Origin: an uncultured delta proteobacterium
Lineage (GTDB): Bacteria > Desulfobacterota > Binatia > Binatales > Binataceae
NCBI GenBank assembly: GCA_963794325.1
Contig: CAWCDG010000003.1
Location: 320,001 to 384,000, forward strand
Direction: 5' to 3'
DNA: 64,000 nt
The first letter of the stretch is position 1, and the number at the start of each line of letters is the position of its first letter. The notes beneath the pieces are model-generated. The model was not told the origin of the DNA. It did not search any database and worked only from the letters and a program-made list of their open reading frames with translations. The translations under genes and the position numbers were made by a program. This document shows, one piece after another, positions 22,278 through 31,063 of the stretch.

Positions 22278-23120
22278 ATGAAACACTTCACCGTCGATCA
22301 GCACCAACACGTCCAGGTCTGGACCATCCGCAATCCGCCCATGAACTATATGACGGCGCCGATGTCCCAGGAGTTGCTCGAGCTGGTGGGACGCGCCGAA
22401 AACGACGTCAACACTCGCGCGATCGTTCTCACCGGCGGCCTCGATGGCAAATTCATCACGCACTACAGCGTGGACGAGCTGGCCGCGATGGCCGACGATC
22501 CCGCGTCCTGCGCACAGAATTTTCCCACCGCGTCAGCGGGATTCCATCGCATGCTCGACAGGATCATGTTGATGCCCAAGGCGGTCATCGCGGCGATTAA
22601 CGGCGACTGCATGGGCGGCGGCTACGAAGTCGCGCTGTCGTGCGACTTTCGTCTCGCTGCCGACGGCCCTTATCAAATTGGCTTGCCCGAGGCCGTGCTT
22701 GGGATTTTGCCGGGAGGCGGCGGCACGCAACGACTGCCGCGGCTGATCGGCCGGGGCAGAGCGCTCGAGGTGCTGATGTTCGGCAATGTTTACAGTCCTC
22801 GCGATGCCGAGAAGATGGGAATGGTGAACCGCGTGCTCGCACCCGACCAGTTGATGCCCTTCGCGATGGAATGGGCGCGCACCCTGGCCAGCCGCCCGCC
22901 GCGAGCCGTCGCGGCGATCAAACGAGCCGTCTATCTGGGTGCGGACCGCGACCTCGAATCCGGACTCTACATCGAGCGGATGGAGATGACGCAGCTGATG
23001 TGTTCGCAGGACGCACGAACGCTCATGACCGCCTACAACAAGGCAGTCGCGCACGATCCAATGGTCGCGCGGAGCGAATTTCTCAAAGGTATCGGCGTCC
23101 CGGCGGCAAAGGGAAGTTGA
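22278..23120 (+). CDS. Enoyl-CoA hydratase/isomerase family protein
   Basis: IAAINGDCMGGGYEVALSCDFR, GLPEAVLGILPGGGGTQRLPRLIG. Confidence 0.92.
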   Translation: MKHFTVDQHQHVQVWTIRNPPMNYMTAPMSQELLELVGRAENDVNTRAIVLTGGLDGKFITHYSVDELAAMADDPASCAQNFPTASAGFHRMLDRIMLMPKAVIAAINGDCMGGGYEVALSCDFRLAADGPYQIGLPEAVLGILPGGGGTQRLPRLIGRGRALEVLMFGNVYSPRDAEKMGMVNRVLAPDQLMPFAMEWARTLASRPPRAVAAIKRAVYLGADRDLESGLYIERMEMTQLMCSQDARTLMTAYNKAVAHDPMVARSEFLKGIGVPAAKGS

Positions 23121-23132
23121 AGCCGGGCCCGC

Positions 23133-23567
23133 CTATTCCTCGTCGACCGCCTGGCGAATCGAATTCAGGATGAACAGGAACTGATTCGGCGACGACACGC
23201 GGCCGAGCATGTTCACGGTCTTCAGGACCTTGAGCTCCCGTTCGGTCACCTTGTGCCGCGCCAGCGTCCCGCGATCCCCCGCAAACTTGCGCCACGCATC
23301 CTCACGCCGCTTGGCGGGCGAGGCCTCGCGCCGCTCGCCGATGATCCATTGCGCCTCTGGATGCGCCAGGAGGAACAGCCGCTTCTTGTCCAGCTCGAGG
23401 GTGTCGGCAATCCGCGACAGCAGCGACAGGGAAGGGCGTCGGCGTCCATTTTCGAGGTACGCGACGTGGCTGGCCTTCACGCCAAGTTTGCGCGCGAGCT
23501 CACGCTGAGTGTAGGCATAAGCGCCGCGCCGCTGTTTGAGAACCTGACCGAGAGTTTCTTTCTTCAT
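23133..23567 (-). CDS. XRE-family helix-turn-helix regulator with C-terminal extension
   Basis: TQRELARKLGVKASHVAYLENGRRRPS HTH_3 signature. Confidence 0.85.
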   Translation of the reverse strand: MKKETLGQVLKQRRGAYAYTQRELARKLGVKASHVAYLENGRRRPSLSLLSRIADTLELDKKRLFLLAHPEAQWIIGERREASPAKRREDAWRKFAGDRGTLARHKVTERELKVLKTVNMLGRVSSPNQFLFILNSIRQAVDEE

Positions 23568-24039
23568 AGTTTGGTTTCCGTGAATCCTTCCAATAGGGGT
23601 TTGGGTAAGATGACGTTACCGGCCAGACAATGAGGCTCTGGCCGATCGATAGTGATTGCCAAAATCGATTCCGCGCGACTCCCGCCGATCCCCTTTGTAG
23701 ATTTTACATTCTCCAGTTTATGTTTCGATCAATTTGGCTAACCTGATCACTCCGCTAAGTACCTCTGAGCGGGCGTTCAGGTTTCGGCGACAAGACCAAG
23801 AGTCGCACAAATATGAACATAAAGTCCACAGATACAACTCCCTGCGTTACAAGAGTCGGAAAAACTCCCGACAAGCTGTTCCTACGATAACAAAATGACT
23901 CTGCCATGCCCGCAATATGTTATCGAAAACGGGTAAATTCTACAGAGTGTGTAAGTTGTATGCCAACCGAAATCGCAAGAGGCTTCCTCACCCTGCGCGG
24001 CTCAGCCGATCGATTGCCGCCCCATCTCAAATTATCTGG

Positions 24040-24534
24040 CTAACCCGACGACGGATTGGGCAGCTCCGGCTTCTGGCATGTCCCGCCCGCCACGCAATTC
24101 AGACCGGCGCCAAAATAAACTGCGCCCGCCTTCACCGGATAGAATATGTAGTCGAGCGGAGTCTCGATCGGATCGAATCGCTGCGGCGGCCCGGACGCGA
24201 CAGCTTCGGCATGCGCCTGTTGCTCGACCTTCAGCTTGGTATTGGTCTCGACATCCTGCACGCTCGCGAGACGATTGTCGGATCCGAAAATCGCCGCCTT
24301 GCCCGGCTCGAGCCAGACGTATCGCAGTACGGTGGCCCCGTTATGATTGGGGTCCGCGATGTCGTCTTTCAGGTCGGGCTCGCCCATCGACTGCACCGTT
24401 TGTCCCGGCGTCATTCCGGGACTTAACGACCCGCTCTTGGTAGTCGAGCATCCGACCAACAACAGCGCGAGCAGTCCGCCGCCCGCGCCCGCGAGAAATG
24501 TCCGCAAGGTGATCATCGATACCTCAAGCTTCAT
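24040..24534 (-). CDS. Lipoprotein (SmpA/BamE-like motif)
   Basis: Lipobox LLVGC; LSPGMTPGQTVQSMGEPD motif. Confidence 0.65.
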   Translation of the reverse strand: MKLEVSMITLRTFLAGAGGGLLALLLVGCSTTKSGSLSPGMTPGQTVQSMGEPDLKDDIADPNHNGATVLRYVWLEPGKAAIFGSDNRLASVQDVETNTKLKVEQQAHAEAVASGPPQRFDPIETPLDYIFYPVKAGAVYFGAGLNCVAGGTCQKPELPNPSSG

Positions 24535-24627
24535 GACGAGCTAACATACAGTAGAGGCCTTCGACAATCGACCATCCGGATGAGGAAGTTCACCTAATCG
24601 GCTGTTATATTCGTTCGAGCGCCGGAA

Positions 24628-24963
24628 ATGGATACCGACAACGATCTACTCTTCGTCTACGGCTCCCTGATGAATCCCGCGGAACGCGTGATCCTGCTGG
24701 GCCGCCCGATCGAGGCTAGCCCCGCACATCTTCCCGGATACGCGCGCGGCCGCAAGCGCTACTACTTCGTCGCCAAGCAAGTAGACGCCGTTACCGATGG
24801 CGCAATCCTCGAAGGCCTGACTGCCGACGATTTCGCAATTCTCGACGAATACGAAGAAGTGCCAACTCTCTACACCCGTGAACGAATTGAAGTCCTCTCC
24901 GCCGACGCCCGCAAAATCGAATGCTGGATTTACCTACCGACTAGTTGGGCGGCAGACCAGTAG
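24628..24963 (+). CDS. Gamma-glutamylcyclotransferase (AIG2-like)
   Basis: LFVYGSLM, LDEYEE, YTRERIEV. Confidence 0.88.
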   Translation: MDTDNDLLFVYGSLMNPAERVILLGRPIEASPAHLPGYARGRKRYYFVAKQVDAVTDGAILEGLTADDFAILDEYEEVPTLYTRERIEVLSADARKIECWIYLPTSWAADQ

Positions 24964-24990
24964 CAGGCTTTGTGGCCGGCCGCTGGCATT

Positions 24991-25065
24991 GGTGGCACAG
25001 GCTTCAGCCTGTGATTCTTTCCTGACACATGGACCAGAAAATCACAGGCTAAAGCCTGTGCCACC
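24991..25065. repeat. REP doublet (REPIN-like inverted pair)
   Basis: GGTGGCACAGGCTTCAGCCTGTGATT ... AATCACAGGCTAAAGCCTGTGCCACC: 26-bp inverted arms with 1 mismatch, each arm itself a GTGG-footed palindrome. Confidence 0.85.
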
Positions 25066-25071
25066 AAAATC

Positions 25072-25174
25072 AAACCCTTAGAGCAAAAGGGCGTCCTCGC
25101 CATTTTGCGATTAATACTGGGTGCAGGGGTCACCCCTGCCGCGGAAGCGTGAAACCCGCGCAGGGTTTCACATT
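25072..25174 (-). repeat. Tri-hairpin intergenic repeat, copy A
   Basis: GCAAAA-G-GGCG-TCCT-CGCC-A-TTTTGC; GCAGGGG-TCA-CCCCTGC; GTGAAACCC-N5-GGGTTTCAC. Near-identical to 34970-35070. Confidence 0.85.
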
Positions 25175-25193
25175 AGATTAGTGAATTGTTTCC

Positions 25194-26615
25194 CTACCCC
25201 TTATTATCCGGCGGAATCGCCTTCGGCTGCTCCCCACGCTTCAACCCGAACTTGTCGATCCTGTATTGCAGCGTCCGATAGCTCATCGCGAGCATCTTCG
25301 CCGCCTTCGCAATTACCCAGTCGTTGCGCTCCAGCGCTTGCAGAATCGCGTCGCGCTCGAAGGTTTCGAAATTGAACCCCTCGCTCGGTATCTCGTATTT
25401 CTCGCCGCGCTGACGATCGCCGCTGCGCATCGGCGTTTTGCGCGACAGGACCTCCGCCGGCAGATCGCGCGGCAGCACCTTGTCCCCTTCGCAGAGCAGG
25501 ATCGCGCGCTCGATCGCCGACTCGAGCTGGCGCACGTTGCCCGGCCACGAGTAGTCGAGGATCACTTCCATCGCCTCGCGCCCGATCTCTTTCACGCGTC
25601 CTTCCGCCAGATGCCCGAATTTCGCGAGCGCGTGATTCGCGAGTAGCGGAATATCGCCGCGCCGTTCGCGCAGCGGCGGCAGGGTTACGGTCACGACGTT
25701 GATTCGATAATACAAATCTTCGCGGAAGCGCCCCTCGCCGACTTCTTCCACGATATTGCGATTGCTCGCCGCCACCAGCCGCACGTCGATACGAAACGAA
25801 TCGTTGCCCCCGACGCGTCGCAACTCCTTCTCCTGCAGCACGCGCAGAATCTTCGCCTGCATCCCCTGCGGCAGGTCCGCAATCTCGTCGAGGAACAGCG
25901 TCGACTTGTCCGCGCTCTCGAACAACCCGATCTTGCGCTCGGTGGCGCCGGTGAATGCGCCCCGCTCATGTCCGAACAGCTCGTTCTCGATCAGGTTCTC
26001 GGGAATCGCCGAGCAGTTAATCGCGACGAACTGGCGTGACGCCCGCGGCGACAATCGATGGATCGCTTTGGCCACGATTTCCTTGCCGGTGCCGCTCTCG
26101 CCCTGGATAAGCACCGTCGAATTGGACGGCGCGACGCGCCGCACCAGCCGGATCACTTCCTGGATTGCGGGATCCTGCCCGATGATCCCTTCTATCTCGA
26201 AGGTTCCCTCGAGCCGCCGCTTCAGCAGTTGATTCTCCTGCTGCAGATTCGCGAACTCCGCCGCCTTGGCGACCCGCGTCACCAGCTTCTCGCGATCGGT
26301 CGGTTTTTCCAGGTAATCGAACGCGCCGGCCTTCATCGCCTGCACCACGCTGTCCGTCGATCCATGCGCCGTCAGCACCACCACCTGGCTGCCGGGATAT
26401 GCGCCGCGCACTTTCGCCAGTAGCTCCTCGCCCGACATCCCCGGCATCATCAGGTCCGTCAGCACGACGTCGAAGCGCGACAGCGCCAGCAATTCGATTG
26501 CGCGCTTGCCGACTGCCGCCTCTTCGACCGCGAAGCCTTCTTCGCGCAACGTGTCGGCGGTTATGTGTCGTTCGAGGTCGTTATCTTCAACGACCAGTAC
26601 TGAGGCCTGCGTCAT
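25194..26615 (-). CDS. Sigma54-dependent response regulator (NtrC family)
   Basis: REC domain (VVEDND...TDLMMP), GESGTGKE, GAFTGA, LFLDEI, WPGNVRQL, C-terminal Fis HTH. Confidence 0.95.
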   Translation of the reverse strand: MTQASVLVVEDNDLERHITADTLREEGFAVEEAAVGKRAIELLALSRFDVVLTDLMMPGMSGEELLAKVRGAYPGSQVVVLTAHGSTDSVVQAMKAGAFDYLEKPTDREKLVTRVAKAAEFANLQQENQLLKRRLEGTFEIEGIIGQDPAIQEVIRLVRRVAPSNSTVLIQGESGTGKEIVAKAIHRLSPRASRQFVAINCSAIPENLIENELFGHERGAFTGATERKIGLFESADKSTLFLDEIADLPQGMQAKILRVLQEKELRRVGGNDSFRIDVRLVAASNRNIVEEVGEGRFREDLYYRINVVTVTLPPLRERRGDIPLLANHALAKFGHLAEGRVKEIGREAMEVILDYSWPGNVRQLESAIERAILLCEGDKVLPRDLPAEVLSRKTPMRSGDRQRGEKYEIPSEGFNFETFERDAILQALERNDWVIAKAAKMLAMSYRTLQYRIDKFGLKRGEQPKAIPPDNKG

Positions 26616-28095
26616 GATGGTTGTGTCCGTCCATTACCGCGCTCGGCGGGAAGGTGAAAGTCAAAGTGGTCCCGTGTCCATCCCCGTTCGGTCCGATTTC
26701 TATTGTGCCTCCGTGCGCCTCCACGATCGCTTTCGACAAGAACAGCCCGAGGCCGATCCCGTCGCGTTTGGTGGTGAAGAATGGCTCGAACACATGATTG
26801 GCGACGCCCGCTTCGATTCCCGCGCCGGTGTCCGAAAAAGCAATCACCATCGAACCGTCGAGGCGGCTGAACGTGATCCGCATCGTACCGCCTTCGGGCA
26901 TTGCCTGTATTGCGTTGGCGACCACGTTGATAAAGCAGGTGCGCAGCTTCTCTGCGTCCACCTTGAGGATCGGCGTCTCGTTGCATTCCTCGACCAGCTC
27001 GATTCCCTGGCTCTTCATTTTCGATTCCGACAGCGCCACGACCTCATCCACCAGCTGGTGTACGTCGGTCGGCGTCGGAAATATTTCGATCGGCCTCCCA
27101 TAATGCAGGAAGCTCTGCACCAGGTCCGCCAGCCGCCGCATCTCATCCTTCATGATCGCGAGCTGATGCAAAAACGTTTCGCGATCGTTCGGCTGCTGCG
27201 GAGCGTAGCGCGTGCGGATCTGGTCGAGTGACAGGCTGATGAAGTTCAGCGGATTCTTGATCTCATGCGCCAGTCCGCCGGCCAATTGCCCCAGCGCCGT
27301 GAACCGCTCGAGCCGGTTCAGTTCCTGCTCGCGCTCGCGCGCGTGCCTGAGCTGCCCGACCATTTCGTTGAAGCTGCGGGTCAGCAGCCCGATCTCGTCG
27401 CGGCGATGCGCTTCCGGGACCGGCTCCAGTCCACGCGCCGCAAAATTTTGCGCCGCACTCGCGACCGCATGGATCGGCTTCACGTAGCGGTCCGCCAGGA
27501 TATACGCGAACACCAGCCCGATCGCAAAAATCGCAAACGCAAATAGCAGCTCACGCGTTCGGCTCTGCGCCAGGGGCTTCGCGAAGTCTCCGAAATTCGC
27601 CACCACCTGCACGTATCCGAGCAGATGGTCTTCGACTTCGACCGGGATCAGGTAAACCGTGGTCTCCGGCGCGAGTCCGATCTTGCCGGCCGGGATCGTC
27701 ACCAGTGAATCCGGATGCTTGAGTTGTTCGGGGGTTAGCCACTCCGCCTGCTTTGGCCGTAGCGCCGCGCCGATCAGTTGCGGATTCGAGCTGTTGAGGA
27801 TCAGATTCTCGCTCGACGCGATCGAGACTTCGAGGCCCTGGGTGTGCAGATTGTCGACATAGTGATGGAGCTGATCGCGATCGGTGTCGCGCACCGCGGT
27901 CAATTCCTGCACGCCGATCTGAATCACGCGCGCCAGGTCCTTGACCCGCTCCTGCGTGGTCGCGACGATTTCCGCCTGCGTCCCAAGGCTGACCCAAACC
28001 TCCGCGCCCAAGGTCAGCGTAAGCAGGCCGACCACCAGAACGATCAGCTTCGCCTTGAGGTTAAGCGCGGGAAAGTAGGTTTCCATTTTCGCCAT
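26587..28095 (-). CDS. HAMP-domain sensor histidine kinase
   Basis: 2 TMs, HAMP (DEIGLLTRSFNEM), H-box AHEIKNPL, N/G1/F/G2 boxes. Confidence 0.93.
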   Translation of the reverse strand: MAKMETYFPALNLKAKLIVLVVGLLTLTLGAEVWVSLGTQAEIVATTQERVKDLARVIQIGVQELTAVRDTDRDQLHHYVDNLHTQGLEVSIASSENLILNSSNPQLIGAALRPKQAEWLTPEQLKHPDSLVTIPAGKIGLAPETTVYLIPVEVEDHLLGYVQVVANFGDFAKPLAQSRTRELLFAFAIFAIGLVFAYILADRYVKPIHAVASAAQNFAARGLEPVPEAHRRDEIGLLTRSFNEMVGQLRHAREREQELNRLERFTALGQLAGGLAHEIKNPLNFISLSLDQIRTRYAPQQPNDRETFLHQLAIMKDEMRRLADLVQSFLHYGRPIEIFPTPTDVHQLVDEVVALSESKMKSQGIELVEECNETPILKVDAEKLRTCFINVVANAIQAMPEGGTMRITFSRLDGSMVIAFSDTGAGIEAGVANHVFEPFFTTKRDGIGLGLFLSKAIVEAHGGTIEIGPNGDGHGTTLTFTFPPSAVMDGHNHHDAGLSTGR

Positions 28096-28120
28096 CGGCG
28101 CGCCGGCCGCCGCGCATAGT

Positions 28121-28753
28121 TTATTCCGGCAATCCGCTCTTTTCAGCCGGAGCCGGCTCGCTGGTCTTACGTATTACCATCAACCGGGTTCCGTATATCG
28201 CAACGCTCAACACCGCGACGACCACTAATAGCCGCTCGAAGCCACCGATGTATCTGACCACCCACTCGAGCTGATGCCCGAACACATAGCCCAGCGTCAC
28301 GACGATCGGCACTGAGATCAACGCTCCCAGCAAATCGTAAAACAGGAACACCGCCGGCTTGACCCCGAAAGATCCGGCCGACAAATAAACCAGCGCGCGC
28401 AGACCGGCCAGGAATCGCGCGTAGAAGATCGCGCGATGCCCATGGCGCTGCATGAATGCCTCGATCCGCTCAATCTGATGCTTGCGGCCCGGCCGGCCGA
28501 GAGAAAAGTAGCGCACCAGTCCCGATCCAAAGTGCCGCCCCAGGAAAAACAGCGAGTTGTCGCCCGCCACCACGCCCAGCAGCGACACTGCCAGCGTGAT
28601 CGGATAGCGCGTGATCCCGCGATGTACCAGGTAGCCGCCCGCCAGCAGCGCAACGTCTTCGGGTATCGGCAATCCAAGTCCGCACAGCATCAGAACTACG
28701 AACAATCCGAGGTAGGTGAAGTGTTCGATGTACGCGGAGATCAGTCCGACCAA
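28121..28753 (-). CDS. DedA family membrane protein
   Basis: GLGLPIPED, AGDNSLFFLGR, ARFLAGLR. Confidence 0.9.
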   Translation of the reverse strand: MVGLISAYIEHFTYLGLFVVLMLCGLGLPIPEDVALLAGGYLVHRGITRYPITLAVSLLGVVAGDNSLFFLGRHFGSGLVRYFSLGRPGRKHQIERIEAFMQRHGHRAIFYARFLAGLRALVYLSAGSFGVKPAVFLFYDLLGALISVPIVVTLGYVFGHQLEWVVRYIGGFERLLVVVAVLSVAIYGTRLMVIRKTSEPAPAEKSGLPE

Positions 28754-28755
28754 GC

Positions 28756-29178
28756 TCAGCTCCCGTGCGCGTAGCGCGCGCGCAGTGCGTCGCGGATTTG
28801 TTCGACCGGCATGCCCCGGCTCGCCATCGCCTCGGCATCGCGAGCCTCACCGCAGCAAATCGCGCAGGTGCTCCCGTGAGTATCGCGAAAGCAATCGAGC
28901 AGGTTCTTGTGACCGTCCGTCACGTCGCATCCGCAGTAGCAATGCAACTGCGCCAGCAGCGCGGGATCTTTCTCCGCTACTTCGTAGGCCTCGCGCACCG
29001 TGCCCTGGAAATTCTGCGGGTCGAGCGTGATGCGCAAGTGCGCCCCCGGATCGCCGGCCGCCGCCAATTGCCCATCCGATGGATGCGAAGTGCTCGATGT
29101 GTAACTCGCATATGCGATCGCCACCACCAGCAATGCGGCGGCGGTAAGTGCGACAATTCCCTTGATACCCTTGAACAT
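28756..29178 (-). CDS. PCYCGC/CYCxC-motif exported protein
   Basis: N-terminal TM; LHCYCGC...HKNLLDCF...HGSTCAIC. Confidence 0.8.
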   Translation of the reverse strand: MFKGIKGIVALTAAALLVVAIAYASYTSSTSHPSDGQLAAAGDPGAHLRITLDPQNFQGTVREAYEVAEKDPALLAQLHCYCGCDVTDGHKNLLDCFRDTHGSTCAICCGEARDAEAMASRGMPVEQIRDALRARYAHGS

Positions 29179-29199
29179 GAGTCTCCCCGTGCCCCAAAA

Positions 29200-29871
29200 T
29201 TATAGCATCTCGATGAACCTTAGGCTTTGATTCGCGAAACTATATAGAGCGGCTGGCCGATGAGGCCCGCGGCGCGTATGCGGCAGCCGTTTCAGCATCG
29301 CCATCGCCAGAATACTGCGCCGAAAATTTCGCCGATCGAGCGGCCGCCCCAGGATCAGCGAGTACAGCTCCTCGAACTCGGCAAACGTGAATTCGCGCGG
29401 CAACAACGCATACGCGATATTGGTGTATTCCAGTTTCGACTTCAGCCGCTTCACCGCATACGCCGCCATCTGCGAATGGTCGTAGGCCAGCTGCGGCAAG
29501 CGCGTGACTTCGTACCAGCCGCCATTCGCATACTTGTCGCATGGCGCACTGACCGCGCCGGCCTCCGGAATCAGCGCCATGTAGGCGACCGACACCACGT
29601 GCGCTCGAGGATCGCGCGACGGATCTCCAAACGTGAACAGCTGCTCGAGATAAGCCCCGCGCAGTCCCGTCGATTCGTGCAGCTCGCGTCTCGCCGCATC
29701 GTCCAACAGCTCGCCCACTCGCACCAAACCGCCCGGAAATGCCCACTTCCCGCGCGCCGGCCCGCGTCGCAGCTCGACCAGGTAGGTCTGCAATCGCCCG
29801 TCGTTGATCGCGAACAGCACCGTATCGACCGCGACCATCGGCCGCGCCGGCTTTTCCCCGCCCTCGACCAC
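29200..29871 (-). CDS. nrtR: NrtR-family Nudix/winged-helix regulator of NAD metabolism
   Basis: VAVD, WAFPGG...AARRELHESTG Nudix box, EQLFTFGDPSRDPR, DRRNFRR, RPAALY; adjacent to nadA. Start uncertain (GTG 29871 or ATG 29838). Confidence 0.85.
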   Translation of the reverse strand: MVEGGEKPARPMVAVDTVLFAINDGRLQTYLVELRRGPARGKWAFPGGLVRVGELLDDAARRELHESTGLRGAYLEQLFTFGDPSRDPRAHVVSVAYMALIPEAGAVSAPCDKYANGGWYEVTRLPQLAYDHSQMAAYAVKRLKSKLEYTNIAYALLPREFTFAEFEELYSLILGRPLDRRNFRRSILAMAMLKRLPHTRRGPHRPAALYSFANQSLRFIEML

Positions 29872-29888
29872 GCTCTGTGAGTTCGCGC

Positions 29889-30899
29889 TCAGACGCTGAG
29901 CTCGAGCATCCGCTCCAGTGCGCGCTTCGCTCCCTCGCGCACCTCCTCGGTCAGCTCGATTTCGTAGCGCAGGTGGCGAAGCGAATCGAGCGTGCCCTCG
30001 AGCGTGATCATCTTCATGAACCGGCATAACTTGCACGCCTTGTAAAAATGCTTGTCGGGAATTTCCATCAGAAGACGGTCGGACAGCCCGCATTCGGTGA
30101 CAACCAGGAATTTATCCGCGTCGCTGCTCTTGGCATACGCGACCATCGCGCTCGTTGACAGCACCGCGTCCGCCAATGCCAACACGTCGCGGCGACACTC
30201 CGGATGCGCAATCACCTTGATTCCGGGAATCGCGCGCTTGACCTTGTTCACCTCGTCGGGGGTTATCTGATGGTGCACGTAGCAGTTGCCGTCCCACGAA
30301 ATCACCCGCTTCTTGGTCTGCCCTTGCACGTAGTTCGCAAGATTCTGATCCGGCACGAACAGAATATTGTCGGAGTCGATCCGCTCGACGATCTTCGCCG
30401 CATTCGCCGACGTGCAGCACGCATCCGACAGGGCCTTCACGTCCGCCGTGCAATTCACGTACGATACCACCTTCAGGTCGGGATAAATCTTCAGCAACTC
30501 TTCCTTGCGATCCGCGAGCGCCTCCGCGGTAACACTGTCGGCCAGCGAGCATCCCGCCTTGAGATCGGGCAGCAACACCTTGCGGCCGGGATTGAACACC
30601 TTCGCCGTCTCCGCCATGAAATGCACGCCGCAAAATACAATCACGTCGGCGTCGCGCACGTCGCGCGCATTGCGCGCCAGTTCCAGCGAATCGCCGATAA
30701 AGTCCGCGACCTCGAAAATCTCCGGCCGCTGATAGTTATGCGCGAGAATCACCGCCCGCCGCTCCTTCTTCAGCCCCCGGATCTCCGCAATCATCTCCGC
30801 ATAACGGCGGTACGTCTCATCCGTGTAACTATCGTTCCCGAGCACCGCGAACTTCTCACGCAGCGCCCCGGCATCAATCGCATTCTGTGCAGCTTCCAT
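29889..30899 (-). CDS. nadA: Quinolinate synthase
   Basis: ILAHNYQ, GDSLELA, FCGVHFMAE, AGCSLAD, YVNC, PDQNL, AHPEC. Confidence 0.95.
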   Translation of the reverse strand: MEAAQNAIDAGALREKFAVLGNDSYTDETYRRYAEMIAEIRGLKKERRAVILAHNYQRPEIFEVADFIGDSLELARNARDVRDADVIVFCGVHFMAETAKVFNPGRKVLLPDLKAGCSLADSVTAEALADRKEELLKIYPDLKVVSYVNCTADVKALSDACCTSANAAKIVERIDSDNILFVPDQNLANYVQGQTKKRVISWDGNCYVHHQITPDEVNKVKRAIPGIKVIAHPECRRDVLALADAVLSTSAMVAYAKSSDADKFLVVTECGLSDRLLMEIPDKHFYKACKLCRFMKMITLEGTLDSLRHLRYEIELTEEVREGAKRALERMLELSV

Positions 30900-30925
30900 A
30901 ACGATCAATCCTCGTGACCCAATAC

Positions 30926-30946
30926 TTTGCGTCAATCTGACACTTA
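30926..30946. promoter_or_regulatory. Putative NrtR operator upstream of nadA
   Basis: 21-bp imperfect palindrome TTTGCGTCAATCTGACACTTA with a GT-N7-AC core, 27 bp upstream of the nadA ATG. Confidence 0.7.
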
Positions 30947-31063
30947 CTCGATCCAGTGATCCGACGCAACCCTCTGTTTCTTCCCCTTTCACCAGGTTCG
31001 AAGCCGGCCTGCGGGCAGTTTGACCATATCGGTTCGCCCACAGTACCTTTCGACGAGATCCCT

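Noticed and set aside
23945-23966. TGGCATACAACTTAC on the minus strand as a sigma54 promoter
   Set aside because: It lacks the conserved GC at -12 (TTAC instead of TTGC) and is far from any start codon.
23917-24426. 169-aa plus-strand ORF
   Set aside because: It is largely antisense to the lipoprotein gene and has an Arg-rich shadow composition.
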